Shown here one piece after another: positions 38,758 to 47,921 of a stretch of 64,000 nucleotides of DNA (position 1 is its first letter; each line of letters starts with the position of its first letter). The notes beneath the pieces were generated by a model. That model searched no databases and had not been told where the DNA came from. It saw only the letters and a list, made by a program, of their open reading frames with translations. The DNA comes from Candidatus Micrarchaeia archaeon (GTDB lineage Archaea > Micrarchaeota > Micrarchaeia > Norongarragalinales > Norongarragalinaceae), in contig JBAZPG010000004.1 in the NCBI GenBank assembly GCA_041648335.1, positions 13,793 to 77,792 of the forward strand. The letters are read 5' to 3'. Position numbers and translations under genes: made by a program.

Positions 38758-39729
38758 CTACCGTATCTCGCCCACGAGCTCTTCGAGTATGTCCTCGAGG
38801 GTTACCACGCCCGCGAACTCGCCTTTCTCGTCCACCACGACCGCGATGTTCCTGCCGAGCGACTGGAGGGTGGCGAACGCGTTGTGGAGTTTGTCGGTCG
38901 TATGCAACAGCACGGGTTTCGTGCACACCTTGTCCACCGTCCAGTCGGGGTGCTCGTAGAACGCCCGGACGAGCGCCTTGAACGAAATCGTGCCCACTAT
39001 CTTCTTCTGGGGGGTGAGCACCGGGAAGCGCGAGTAAACGCTCCACACCGCCTTCTTGTGCGCCTCGGCAACGGACTGTTCGGAAGACAGCATCACCGCG
39101 CTTGACTTCGGTGTCATCGCCCTTGAAACCGGGCGGTCGTTGAATTCGAGCACGTTCTCGATGAGTTCGCGCTCCTTCTCGGATATCCCCTTGTGTTTGG
39201 CGCCGAGCTTGACTGCCGAACGGACTTCGGCTTCGGTGAACTGCTCTATACCCGTAGCCGTCGAGTAAACGCCGGGGATGAGGCGGTTGATGGACTCGAA
39301 GAGCACCACCAACGGGAAGGAAAGCCAGTAGAACGCCTCGATTGCCTTAGCCGAGGACAACGCGATTTTTTCCCCGTACGTGGTGGCCGCGCTTTTCGGC
39401 GCGATGTCCCCGAAAGTCAACAACAGGAAACTCATAAGCCCGATTGCGATACCCACCCCTGCCTCCCCGAACAAGCCCGTGGATATGCTCGTCGCGAGTG
39501 CGGAGGCGGCCACGTTCGCGATGTTGCCTCCGATTAAGAGCGAAATTACCACTCGGCGGCGTTTGGAACGCAACCGCGCCAGGCTCTCCGCCCCGGGCGC
39601 CGCTTCCTCCACCAGGGAATGCAGCCGGACGGACGAGAGCGAGAGGAACGCCACTTCGGTTGCGGCGAAGAACGCGGACGCGGCAACCAACGCGGCAAGC
39701 AGCGCGGCCTGCGCATAAAAATCAAGCAT
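38758..39729 (-). CDS. CNNM/CorB (DUF21 + CBS pair) hemolysin-family transporter
   Basis: Motifs FFAATEVAF, FGDIAPKS, YSRFPV and GVVTLEDILEELVGEI. Lacks a C-terminal CorC_HlyC domain. Confidence 0.88.
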   Translation of the reverse strand: MLDFYAQAALLAALVAASAFFAATEVAFLSLSSVRLHSLVEEAAPGAESLARLRSKRRRVVISLLIGGNIANVAASALATSISTGLFGEAGVGIAIGLMSFLLLTFGDIAPKSAATTYGEKIALSSAKAIEAFYWLSFPLVVLFESINRLIPGVYSTATGIEQFTEAEVRSAVKLGAKHKGISEKERELIENVLEFNDRPVSRAMTPKSSAVMLSSEQSVAEAHKKAVWSVYSRFPVLTPQKKIVGTISFKALVRAFYEHPDWTVDKVCTKPVLLHTTDKLHNAFATLQSLGRNIAVVVDEKGEFAGVVTLEDILEELVGEIR

Positions 39730-39794
39730 GATGGAAAAGACGCGAAGGCGGTTTAAAACGATTGGCGCGCTTTACAAAAAGCCTAAAAACATTG

Positions 39795-40499
39795 TTAGAG
39801 GCGCGCCGCGCCTAACGCGCACAACGCTGCAACGAGCAGGGGCTGGTGCGCCAGGTAAATCGCGAGCGAGTGCCTGCCCGCCAGGCACAACGCCCCCGCG
39901 TAAAAAGGCTTCTCGAATAACGCGAAAGCGCGCCTGCCGCCCCGATAGAATATTTTTCCGGCGGCAACGCCGAACAGGAATACGCCGAACCACGGGAACA
40001 ACGGTTCGTAGTCAACCGAGGAAAAGCCCGCGGGCGCAACGCCCAGCCACAAGAACAGTTGGGTTTCGGGTTGGATTGTTGCCAAGGGAACGGCGAGCGC
40101 GATAATCACGCAACCCAAAACAACCAAGGCAACGGGAGGCAGGCGCAAGGCGAACGCGCCCGCGAGTATTATCGACGCGCCTATCAAGTGTAAAACCCCG
40201 AAGACAACGAACGCTTCGGGAATGAAGTAAAACGTTGTTGCGGTGACGAGCAAGCCGCACGCGAATATTTTCGCGCCGCGCGCCGCCAGGCGTTTGCCTT
40301 GCGTGGACGCGAGGTGCGTGCTCAAGCCGGCGAGGAAAACGAATGCGGCAACCGTGGCGAACGCCCACAACTGGTTCGCAGGCAACGCGGGGTCAAAGCT
40401 CGCGATGCCGAAATAAGCGAGGGCGTAGAGCCAGTTGAATGCGAGCATGGACGCCACCGCGGCGCCGCGCGCGAAGTCCACCTCCCAGAATCGGGGCAT
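39795..40499 (-). CDS. DUF1624 / HGSNAT-like membrane acyltransferase
   Basis: Motifs RFWEVDFARG, FGVLHLIG, DYEPLFPWFG and GRHSLAIYLAHQP. Confidence 0.85.
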   Translation of the reverse strand: MPRFWEVDFARGAAVASMLAFNWLYALAYFGIASFDPALPANQLWAFATVAAFVFLAGLSTHLASTQGKRLAARGAKIFACGLLVTATTFYFIPEAFVVFGVLHLIGASIILAGAFALRLPPVALVVLGCVIIALAVPLATIQPETQLFLWLGVAPAGFSSVDYEPLFPWFGVFLFGVAAGKIFYRGGRRAFALFEKPFYAGALCLAGRHSLAIYLAHQPLLVAALCALGAARL

Positions 40500-40712
40500 T
40501 CACCAATTAAGAAAACGCAGGTTAAAATGATTGGCTGCGTTCAATTGATTTGACAAAATCACATCATCCTCCCGAGGTAGGGTGTGGTATATTTCAATAG
40601 GTTAGTTGTGGACTATTATTGAACGACGTTGCATAATTTTAATATTTACCTACGAATCTATTTGACCGAAAAACATATATTACTCTTTTATCATTAATAT
40701 TGATAGATTTGT

Positions 40713-41030
40713 ATGGTTATGGCTAAAGAAGATCCGAACGAAATACTTCAGGCTCTGCTGAGGATAGAGCATCGCCTCGAGGACATGGGGGCATTACTGC
40801 GCCTGGGTCAGCGCGGACAAATCGAGCAAATCAAACAAGAATTCTTGAGTAGTGGTGTACGTAAATCAGTTTATGAGTTATGCAACGGGAACTGCTCCGT
40901 CAACGAGATGGCTGCCAAGTTGCACAAAAAGGGACCCAACATAAGCCGGGCCCTTGGAGAGCTTGAGGCTGCTGGATTGATACGGCAAATTAGGGCTGGC
41001 AGGCACGTTAGCTACGAGCGCCTGATTTGA
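40713..41030 (+). CDS. ArsR-like winged HTH with N-terminal coiled coil
   Basis: EILQALLRIEHRLEDM, then SVNEMAAKLHKKGPNISRALGELEAAGLI. Confidence 0.8.
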   Translation: MVMAKEDPNEILQALLRIEHRLEDMGALLRLGQRGQIEQIKQEFLSSGVRKSVYELCNGNCSVNEMAAKLHKKGPNISRALGELEAAGLIRQIRAGRHVSYERLI

Positions 41031-41040
41031 GGTGGGGAAT

Positions 41041-41259
41041 ATGAGTGAAGAAATATTAGCCCGCATAGACCGGCGTTTAGAACAACTGGTTAAGATATCT
41101 GCGTTGAATGTCGGCAAGGATTCAACTTTGACTGATAGGATAGTATTGCTCTACAAGATTGATTTCGGACCGAAAGAAATTGCAGAAATTCTTGGAACAA
41201 ATCCTAACGTGGTTAATGTTCGATTATCCGAAGCGCGAAAACGAGGCGAGATAAAATGA
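41041..41259 (+). CDS. small coiled-coil + HTH protein
   Basis: EILARIDRRLEQL, then GPKEIAEILGTNPNVVNVRLS. GAGGTGG upstream of the ATG. Confidence 0.8.
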   Translation: MSEEILARIDRRLEQLVKISALNVGKDSTLTDRIVLLYKIDFGPKEIAEILGTNPNVVNVRLSEARKRGEIK

Positions 41260-41474
41260 AAATCAAATCCGAATTGGATGTATTAAACGAGATTTCAAGG
41301 AAACTAGATGTCCTAATAATCACGCTAACTTGTCAAGGCAAGTCCGAAGACGAAGTAACTCAGATATTCATGAGATCTGGGCTCAGCTGTCCTGAACTTT
41401 CTACGATAACTGGTATAAGTGTTGCTGCAATCCAAAAACGTATTGAACGCGCACGAAAACGGGTGAAAAAATGA
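41256..41474 (+). CDS. small coiled-coil + HTH protein
   Basis: DVLNEISRKLDVL, then GLSCPELSTITGISVAAIQKRI. ATGA overlap with the previous gene. Confidence 0.75.
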   Translation: MKIKSELDVLNEISRKLDVLIITLTCQGKSEDEVTQIFMRSGLSCPELSTITGISVAAIQKRIERARKRVKK

Positions 41475-41638
41475 GTGACGAAGATATTGCCAAGGAGCTA
41501 GCAGACATAAAGAAATTGTTTATACTCAACTTAATGTCCGCGGGCGTAAATTCAACAGATATCGCTAAGACCCTCGGAGTAACAAAGGGGCGATTAAGTC
41601 AAATAGTAAAGCGGCCATCCAAGAAATCAACGGATTGA
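41471..41638 (+). CDS. small coiled-coil + HTH protein (55 aa, below ORF-track cutoff)
   Basis: MSDEDIAKELADIKKLFILNLMSAGVNSTDIAKTLGVTKGRLSQIV... with ATGA overlap and GGTGA RBS. Confidence 0.75.
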   Translation: MSDEDIAKELADIKKLFILNLMSAGVNSTDIAKTLGVTKGRLSQIVKRPSKKSTD

Positions 41639-41689
41639 TCCTAAAAATAATGGTACAACCATAAACTCGATACAACTGGTTTGATAAAT

Positions 41690-42472
41690 ATGAATTCTAG
41701 CGCTCCTTTGGATGCAGATACGCTAAAGAAAAACTGCGCACATTATGCTGGTCTTCATTCCAAAGCAATCGACGTTTTGAGAAAAGCCAACGGAAAAATC
41801 GATTATAAAAAAATTGCCGAAATTCTGAGTCTTTCTAAAACTAGAGTTAGTAGCCTATTGAAGTCAGCCGAGCGATTTGGGCTCGCAAGAAAAGAGGAAA
41901 AATTATACAAAAAGTTGCCAGGTATTCTTCAGCATATGCCTAAGCGGACCACTAAAAAAACGAGTTTCAGATCCGTATCGGAGGTTATGGTTGGGGCAAC
42001 TAAAAAAGCAAGCTCATTTAAGCGTAAACCGTACATCGGTTTTAGAACCAAAACGCAAGATGAGGGCAGGATGGCTAACGCATATATTTGGGTGTATATA
42101 ACAGAAAATCTCCTGCGAGACCTCATACGGAATGTATTTTCATCAGAAAAAGACTGGTGGAACAAGCAGGTTAATGGCGCAATTAAAAAAGAAGTACGTG
42201 ACGCTATAGCCAAATACCCTTATGACGGAGCTAAAAGAAAAGATGAACTGGAATATACTCACTTGGGGCAGCTTAAAGAGATAATAACCTCAAAAATGAA
42301 TTGGAATCTATTTTTATCTCATCTCAATGAAACTGATAAAAATAGTTTTAATGCTACGGTGGAAAAAGCTATCCCCTATAGAAATTCAATTGCTCATTGC
42401 ACTCGCCTGACCTCAGAGGATTTTAAATTTGTTGAACTGAGATTCAAGGACATTTTGAAAATGATAAAATAG
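41690..42472 (+). CDS. HTH + Swt1-like HEPN domain protein (putative RNase)
   Basis: N-terminal wHTH (YKKIAEILSLSKTRVSSLL). C-terminal AY...ENLLRDLI, WW, LEYTHLGQLKEII and RNSIAH (RxxxxH). Confidence 0.8.
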   Translation: MNSSAPLDADTLKKNCAHYAGLHSKAIDVLRKANGKIDYKKIAEILSLSKTRVSSLLKSAERFGLARKEEKLYKKLPGILQHMPKRTTKKTSFRSVSEVMVGATKKASSFKRKPYIGFRTKTQDEGRMANAYIWVYITENLLRDLIRNVFSSEKDWWNKQVNGAIKKEVRDAIAKYPYDGAKRKDELEYTHLGQLKEIITSKMNWNLFLSHLNETDKNSFNATVEKAIPYRNSIAHCTRLTSEDFKFVELRFKDILKMIK

Positions 42473-42670
42473 GCAAAGATATTCTTTCTTCGGAAACAAC
42501 AAATCTTTTTTGGTATCCGACAAACCTGCGCACCTCAAGCAGCTAACCTGATCGCTCAAAAGAGTGGCTACACCCTATCTTTCCCGCTTATTTCCGCACT
42601 GAAGCGTTTTGCTCCGATTTTCAGTGGCAACGACCCCTAAGCACCTTTTTAATGCGTCTTCGGGTTTACT

Positions 42671-43552
42671 ATGCGGGGGACTGGCGTGCTAAAGGAAGCT
42701 AAACCGTTTGTTAAATGGGCTGGAGGCAAGCGCCAGCTTTTGGACGAACTCACCCGGGGCCTTCCGTCCTTTGAAAATTATCACGAACCGTTTTTGGGTG
42801 GTGCCGCGTTCTTTTTCAGGTTGGAGGCAGAAGACAGGATAAACACGGCTTTCTTGAGCGACTCCAACGAGGAACTAATCAACGCTTACTCGATAATCAA
42901 AAGTGACGTTTTCGGGTTGATGGCGGAACTATCTTCCCCGATTTACGCGAACAATGAAGCCGCTTACTACAAAATGCGGGCCTCCAAGCCTTCTTCAAAG
43001 GTAGCGCGCGCGGCGCGTTTCATTTACCTGAACAAGACCGCGTTCAACGGGTTGTACCGCGTTAATTCGAAGGGCGGTTTCAACGTTCCCTTCGGGCGTT
43101 ACGATAACCCGAAGATACTCGACAGCGAAAATCTGTTGCTGGTTCACCGCGCCTTGCAAAAAGACGAGCTTTACTGCGGCGACTTCGCGGTTGTGTTGAA
43201 GAATGCGAAACGCGGTGATTTGGTTTACTTTGACCCGCCCTATCATCCAATATCCAAGACCGCGCACTTCACGAGCTACACTAAGGACAAGTTCTCTGAG
43301 GTGGATCAAACGAAGCTCATGAAAACCGTCAAGGCGCTCGATTCGCGTGGCTGTTTCGTGTTATTGAGCAACTCGTACTCCGACTTTACCGCCGAACTTT
43401 ACGCGGAGTTCGAGCCGGAAGTGATTTTTGCAAGCAGGATGATAAACTGCAAGGGAGACCGTCGAGGCAAAGTGCAGGAGTTACTTGTCCGGAATTGGGA
43501 GCCCAAGGTAGCCCAGAGGAAGCTCGTTGAAGAAATAGTCGCAATCAACTGA
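42671..43552 (+). CDS. Dam/DpnM-family N6-adenine DNA methyltransferase
   Basis: Motifs KWAGGK, EPFLGGAA, FNGLYRVNSKGGFNVPFG and DPPY. Confidence 0.93.
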   Translation: MRGTGVLKEAKPFVKWAGGKRQLLDELTRGLPSFENYHEPFLGGAAFFFRLEAEDRINTAFLSDSNEELINAYSIIKSDVFGLMAELSSPIYANNEAAYYKMRASKPSSKVARAARFIYLNKTAFNGLYRVNSKGGFNVPFGRYDNPKILDSENLLLVHRALQKDELYCGDFAVVLKNAKRGDLVYFDPPYHPISKTAHFTSYTKDKFSEVDQTKLMKTVKALDSRGCFVLLSNSYSDFTAELYAEFEPEVIFASRMINCKGDRRGKVQELLVRNWEPKVAQRKLVEEIVAIN

Positions 43553-44008
43553 TTTGATGTACGCTAAAACATCCGCGTATTCCTTCTTTTTGAACCAGTC
43601 GTTTAAGACGTAAACATACTTGACTTTCAATTTCGGTTCGACGAGCTTCTTGTACTGCTTTAACTTGAAGTCGCAGGTCTGGAGCTTCTCGTCCACCGAA
43701 CCCGCGACCGTCTGGAACTTGGTTTCAACTATGAAAAGCGTCTCGTTCACCAGAACGAGCACGGCGTCGTCCGGCAGGAGCTTCTTGGAAATCAGTTTTC
43801 CAACATTTACGCCCATCGGCGCCAACAAGCCCGAATAAAGCCTGTTTTTCTTGTAAAGGCGCGCCACATCCTTGCCCTTGAAGGTTACGGTGTCGTCGCT
43901 GACCGCGTAACCCTTGATTTTCGAGATGACCGTAGCAAAGTCGGTTCTCTTCTCGAAGTGGAGCCCGTGAAGCGTAGTTTTGCTACCGCCCTTTCCTCCG
44001 CGAATCAT
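43481..44008 (-). CDS. PD-(D/E)XK nuclease, putative restriction endonuclease
   Basis: GLHFE, LLPDD and VETKFQTVAGSVDEKLQT. Convergent with and overlapping the MTase. ATG at 44008 inferred. Confidence 0.75.
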   Translation of the reverse strand: MIRGGKGGSKTTLHGLHFEKRTDFATVISKIKGYAVSDDTVTFKGKDVARLYKKNRLYSGLLAPMGVNVGKLISKKLLPDDAVLVLVNETLFIVETKFQTVAGSVDEKLQTCDFKLKQYKKLVEPKLKVKYVYVLNDWFKKKEYADVLAYIKSVDCDYFFNELPLGYLGLPIPDK

Positions 44009-44146
44009 AATACTAACAATATTGCCGGGTATTTTAGGTTTTAGCGGCTTCAGGTTTTGCTCTTTAAACCCCGTTTTGGGCGAGTTAAAGGAGAATAGCG
44101 CCGGATTTAGGAGTAGTTTTAAATCCGTCTTGGTTTTAGTTGTTTT

Positions 44147-44704
44147 ATGCCCGCGCCAAATAAGAAGTACGACTACTGCGATCCCATCCAGTTGAATTTG
44201 AAGAACAAAACGCGAGAAGAATTTAGACGGAGTATAGTAACCTGCTTTCTTTTGGAAAACAAGGGGTATTGGGACGATGAAGTCCAGCATGTTATGCATT
44301 ACACTTATTTTGTAGAAACAATAGCCGATGGTTCAAGAATTTACTTAAAGCGTCCCGCGCGTTTAAACAAGGGAATGGATTTTCAAGTAAATGCAGAAAA
44401 TTTTCTTAAATATGAAAACGGTAATAACAAACCACCCAGCCACAAGGACATAATAAAGGACCTAAAAAATAAAAAAAAAGAAGCTCCTAAAAAATTTGCG
44501 CAATTGATGAAGTTAATTGCGCGGGTCTATAATTGCGAAGAGCCAGATGAAGTTCTGTCCGGCAGTAATCTAAAATTTAATTCGGGTGCAACCATAGAAT
44601 TGTTGTTGAAATTATTGAAATGGTTGTTTATCGAACAGGATATGACTTACTGGAGTTATGATGGCCGCGAAATGCTTAAACGAGGAATAGACGAACTGGC
44701 GTGA
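44147..44704 (+). CDS. hypothetical RM-island protein
   Basis: 185 aa, AT-rich, with conserved-looking blocks RPARLNKGMDF, PSH and KWLFIEQD.TYW...GR. Confidence 0.65.
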   Translation: MPAPNKKYDYCDPIQLNLKNKTREEFRRSIVTCFLLENKGYWDDEVQHVMHYTYFVETIADGSRIYLKRPARLNKGMDFQVNAENFLKYENGNNKPPSHKDIIKDLKNKKKEAPKKFAQLMKLIARVYNCEEPDEVLSGSNLKFNSGATIELLLKLLKWLFIEQDMTYWSYDGREMLKRGIDELA

Positions 44705-44774
44705 ACGCGATTTTCATATATTTTATGCGCAGATCTGACCGTGAGCGGAGAATTCATTTAGCGCAAAGTTGCGT

Positions 44775-44933
44775 TCAGTTTATTTCGGCGAGCTTGCGCT
44801 TGACTTCCTCGTAATCCTCGTGGAGCCGGCGGTCTCTTTTCAGGGGGTCCATGCGGACCTTGGCTTCGAGTTCGATGAGTTTCGCCTTCAAACCCGACTT
44901 CCTGCGTTCCAAATCCTTTTTGCTCAAACCCAT
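44775..44933 (-). CDS. small charged helical protein (52 aa)
   Basis: MGLSKKDLERRKSGLKAKLIELEAKVRMDPLKRD...; GAGGCG upstream and backbone-like codons. Confidence 0.6.
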   Translation of the reverse strand: MGLSKKDLERRKSGLKAKLIELEAKVRMDPLKRDRRLHEDYEEVKRKLAEIN

Positions 44934-45003
44934 AAACGAATCGCCTCTCTACTAACTTGACGAGGAAGCGGAAGGTTTTAAGCGCGCCGCTTGGACGCCT
45001 AAG

Positions 45004-46170
45004 TTAAAACGGGATGTCGTCTTCGCTAGGTTTTCCTTTATTTTTCCTTGCAACCAATTGCCTGAAAATCCGCGAGGCGGCGCCTTGTTTGTATTTTTCG
45101 CGTTTTTCTTTCGCTTTTTTTCGCGCGTCCTCCAGCGTCGGTTTCTCGAGCGGAACTACAGAAGCATGTAAATTTTCGTAGTCTTTCAACTGTCCGTCAT
45201 AGTCTTTCAACAAATGGCGTTCGTAAGCTTCTTCGATTCTTTTGATTGTTTCTTTGGGCAGTTGCTGGAAGTGCGGGGTTATCTCGTGCGCGTCATCGAA
45301 TATTACCTGGCGCAATTCTGCGGCCAAGTGGTTTTCTTCGGTTGAACCGCCGGTCGAGTAATCCCAGCCAATTTCGCCCGGACGCCGGTTAGGTGCATTT
45401 CCCTTCTTGCCTTCTTCCTTCAAGTATGTGCCCGCAAGTGCTTTGGTTACGCGCGCGGTTCTCTCGCTTGGTTCCATTTTTTTCAACCAACCGGAAAGTA
45501 CGCAAACGCCGTTCTGCCGAGCGATGCGCGAGCGTTTGTCATTCAACAAGTTCAAGGCGTATTCCACGCCTTCGGGCGCACCCAAACGTACTAATGTCCT
45601 GACGGCATCGCTGCGGGTATTTTTGTTAGGGTCTTCGAGAAAGGGCAGCAGATGGCGTACGAGGTGCGGGTCACCCGAGAAGGCAATGGATTGGATTAAC
45701 TTGCTTCTCACGAAACTGCTTTTTTGGTCCGGCGCATGTAATGCTTGACAGGCGCCGAACGCGATTTCCGGGTAGTGCATAAATGCAGCTAATTTTTCGG
45801 CGGCGATGGCGCGCACCCAGTGGCTTCGGTCCCCGGTTGCTACCTTCAAGAGTTCTTCGCCCGCCGTCTGGCTCTTACGTCCACTCAATTTTTCCAGGTT
45901 GGCCAGCGCGCGCACTGCGGTTCCGCGGACTTCAAAGCGAGGGTCCCCGCGGATTAATTGGATTAACTTTCCATGGGCTTCCGGGGCGTCGATTGAGCCG
46001 AGAGCTGCCGCGAGTTTTACCCGTTTTTCCACGCCCGCGTTTTCAAACGAGGAGACGAGTTTAGCAAGGATTCCCGCTGGAATTTCATTCGAGATTATTC
46101 TTTGGCGGGGGTATTCAAATCGCGAACTAACATTATCCACCTTACTCCTTTGTTGCATCCATTTCGGCAT
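45004..46170 (-). CDS. HEAT-repeat protein
   Basis: Repeats D....VR..A...L (EVRGTAVRALA, WVRAIAAEKLA, NTRSDAVRTL). Confidence 0.75.
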   Translation of the reverse strand: MPKWMQQRSKVDNVSSRFEYPRQRIISNEIPAGILAKLVSSFENAGVEKRVKLAAALGSIDAPEAHGKLIQLIRGDPRFEVRGTAVRALANLEKLSGRKSQTAGEELLKVATGDRSHWVRAIAAEKLAAFMHYPEIAFGACQALHAPDQKSSFVRSKLIQSIAFSGDPHLVRHLLPFLEDPNKNTRSDAVRTLVRLGAPEGVEYALNLLNDKRSRIARQNGVCVLSGWLKKMEPSERTARVTKALAGTYLKEEGKKGNAPNRRPGEIGWDYSTGGSTEENHLAAELRQVIFDDAHEITPHFQQLPKETIKRIEEAYERHLLKDYDGQLKDYENLHASVVPLEKPTLEDARKKAKEKREKYKQGAASRIFRQLVARKNKGKPSEDDIPF

Positions 46171-46224
46171 GATGCTCCTTGTTCCGCGGTGCTTTTATTT
46201 ATTGTGCGACGGTGCGGATTGGCT

Positions 46225-46755
46225 TCACCGGCTGAGCGCCCACCAGAGCATGACGAGCATGGCGAATTTGGCTGCGAAAACCGCGAGCCAGAGGCGCGCG
46301 ATCTTGATGTCCGTCATTTCGAGGAAGGCGAGGGCGATTTCGTCCGGGAAAGGCATCGCGAACACGAACAAGCCCGCCGCCGGGAGCACGAGCTTGAACT
46401 TGCGGCACTGCCAGCGGATTCGGTAGACTAGCTTGCGTGCGTTCGCTTCGAGCGTGTCCCGCATCGCCGAGAACAGGAACGCGTCAACCGTGGCTGCGGT
46501 GGCGGCTGCCACGGCGGCGACCACGAGTGCGTTCTCGGCGCGCATCAACTCGAATACCACCACCATTGCGAACGGGGTGGTCGAGCCGAACGTGTAAAAA
46601 GCGCCGGCGAGGCACGCGCCCAGCAAGCCCAGCGTCAGCAGGTAGCCGGAGACGATGCGGTCGAACCCGAGGAGGACGAGGGCGGCGCTTGCAACCACGA
46701 AGCCGGTCGCGACGAGGAACCGCTTGTCGAAGGATAAGTGTTTTGCGAATAACAT
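46225..46755 (-). CDS. membrane protein (VTT/SNARE-associated-like)
   Basis: Hydrophobic, with YTFGSTTP and PFPDE motifs. Confidence 0.6.
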   Translation of the reverse strand: MLFAKHLSFDKRFLVATGFVVASAALVLLGFDRIVSGYLLTLGLLGACLAGAFYTFGSTTPFAMVVVFELMRAENALVVAAVAAATAATVDAFLFSAMRDTLEANARKLVYRIRWQCRKFKLVLPAAGLFVFAMPFPDEIALAFLEMTDIKIARLWLAVFAAKFAMLVMLWWALSR

Positions 46756-46958
46756 GCCTGACTCGTCTTATGGCGTGGGGCGTTAAAAACGCTGTTCACG
46801 CTTGGATTTTCTGGAAGCAATACGTCCCGATGGCGAGCATCACGAGGAGTTCCTCGATGCGTCCGGCGCGCTCGGCCTTGCTTGAGTGCGAGCGAGTTTT
46901 TTAAACCGTTTTTTCGGGAAGCCAAAAGCAATAAAACCGCGCGCGTTTCAACGAGTAC

Positions 46959-47921
46959 ATGGTTTTCCTGGAACTCGCCACGCTCCTCGTGGGCGTCGCA
47001 TTCCTGTCGAAGTCCGCGGAACTCGTGGTCGAGCACGCCGAGCGGCTCGCGCGCTTCCTCGGGATAGGCCAGCTCGCCGTGGGCTTTTTACTCGTCTCCA
47101 CGCTCACCACGCTCCCCGAGCTCTCGGTTTCAGTGATTTCGTCGAGCGCGGGCGAGGGTGCGATTGCGGCGGGGAACGCGTTCGGTTCCATCGTGTGCAA
47201 CATCCTGTTGATACTCGGCTTGGGCGGCGTGCTCTACGGGTTCAAAGTGAACCGCGCGGACGCGAGGGACGCGGGGCTCACCCTCCTGGTTACCACCGTG
47301 CTCGCGCTCTACATGCTTTTCAGCAGCGCGGTCCGCGGCGAGGCAATCGGTTTCGGGGAAGGCGTGCTCTTGCTCCTCGTTTTCGTGCTTTACGCGCTCG
47401 TGATTTTGAGGCGCGAACCCGCGGCGTCAAGCAAGGAGACTGTTTCCCGCGAGGAGGCGGTGCGCTCGTTCCTGTTCTTCGCCGGCGGCATCTTCGTGGT
47501 GTTGTTCAGCGCGAGCGTCGTGGTTGGTGCAGCCGTGGCGTTGGCCGCATCCGCGGGGATAGCCGAGAGCTTCATCGGCGCCACCATAATCGCGCTGGGC
47601 ACCTCGCTCCCAGAGTTGAGCATCGTTCTCTCGGCGTTCAAAGCCAAGCGTTACGGGTTGGGTTTGGGGAACGTCATTGGCGCGAACATGTTGAACGCCA
47701 CCCTCGTGCTCGGGGCTGCGGCGATAATCTCGCCCTTGTCCGTGCTCGCGCTCCCCGTGTTCACTTCCGTTTTGTTGTTCGCGGTGCTCGCGAGCGTGGC
47801 GTTGTTGTATGCGGTTGCAGTGGGCGGGCGCGTGGGCAGGCGTGGCGGCGCCGCGTTCCTCGCCCTTTATGTAATCTATCTGGTTGCCACGTTCGCGTTG
47901 CAGTTCGCTCCCGCGGCTTAG
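46959..47921 (+). CDS. Na+/Ca2+ (CaCA family) antiporter
   Basis: Alpha repeats TTLPEL...GNAFGS..CN and GTSLPEL...GNVIGAN..N. Confidence 0.92.
   Translation: MVFLELATLLVGVAFLSKSAELVVEHAERLARFLGIGQLAVGFLLVSTLTTLPELSVSVISSSAGEGAIAAGNAFGSIVCNILLILGLGGVLYGFKVNRADARDAGLTLLVTTVLALYMLFSSAVRGEAIGFGEGVLLLLVFVLYALVILRREPAASSKETVSREEAVRSFLFFAGGIFVVLFSASVVVGAAVALAASAGIAESFIGATIIALGTSLPELSIVLSAFKAKRYGLGLGNVIGANMLNATLVLGAAAIISPLSVLALPVFTSVLLFAVLASVALLYAVAVGGRVGRRGGAAFLALYVIYLVATFALQFAPAA

Larger units (their letters stand above)
40500..44760. mobile_element. AT-rich defence island (HTH array, HEPN, RM genes); boundaries approximate
   Basis: Abrupt compositional shift and defence-type gene content. No integrase or clear att repeats seen. 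Confidence 0.6.

Noticed and set aside
44147..44704. PabI-family restriction glycosylase
   Set aside because: I could not match it to PabI motifs from memory, so it is left as hypothetical.
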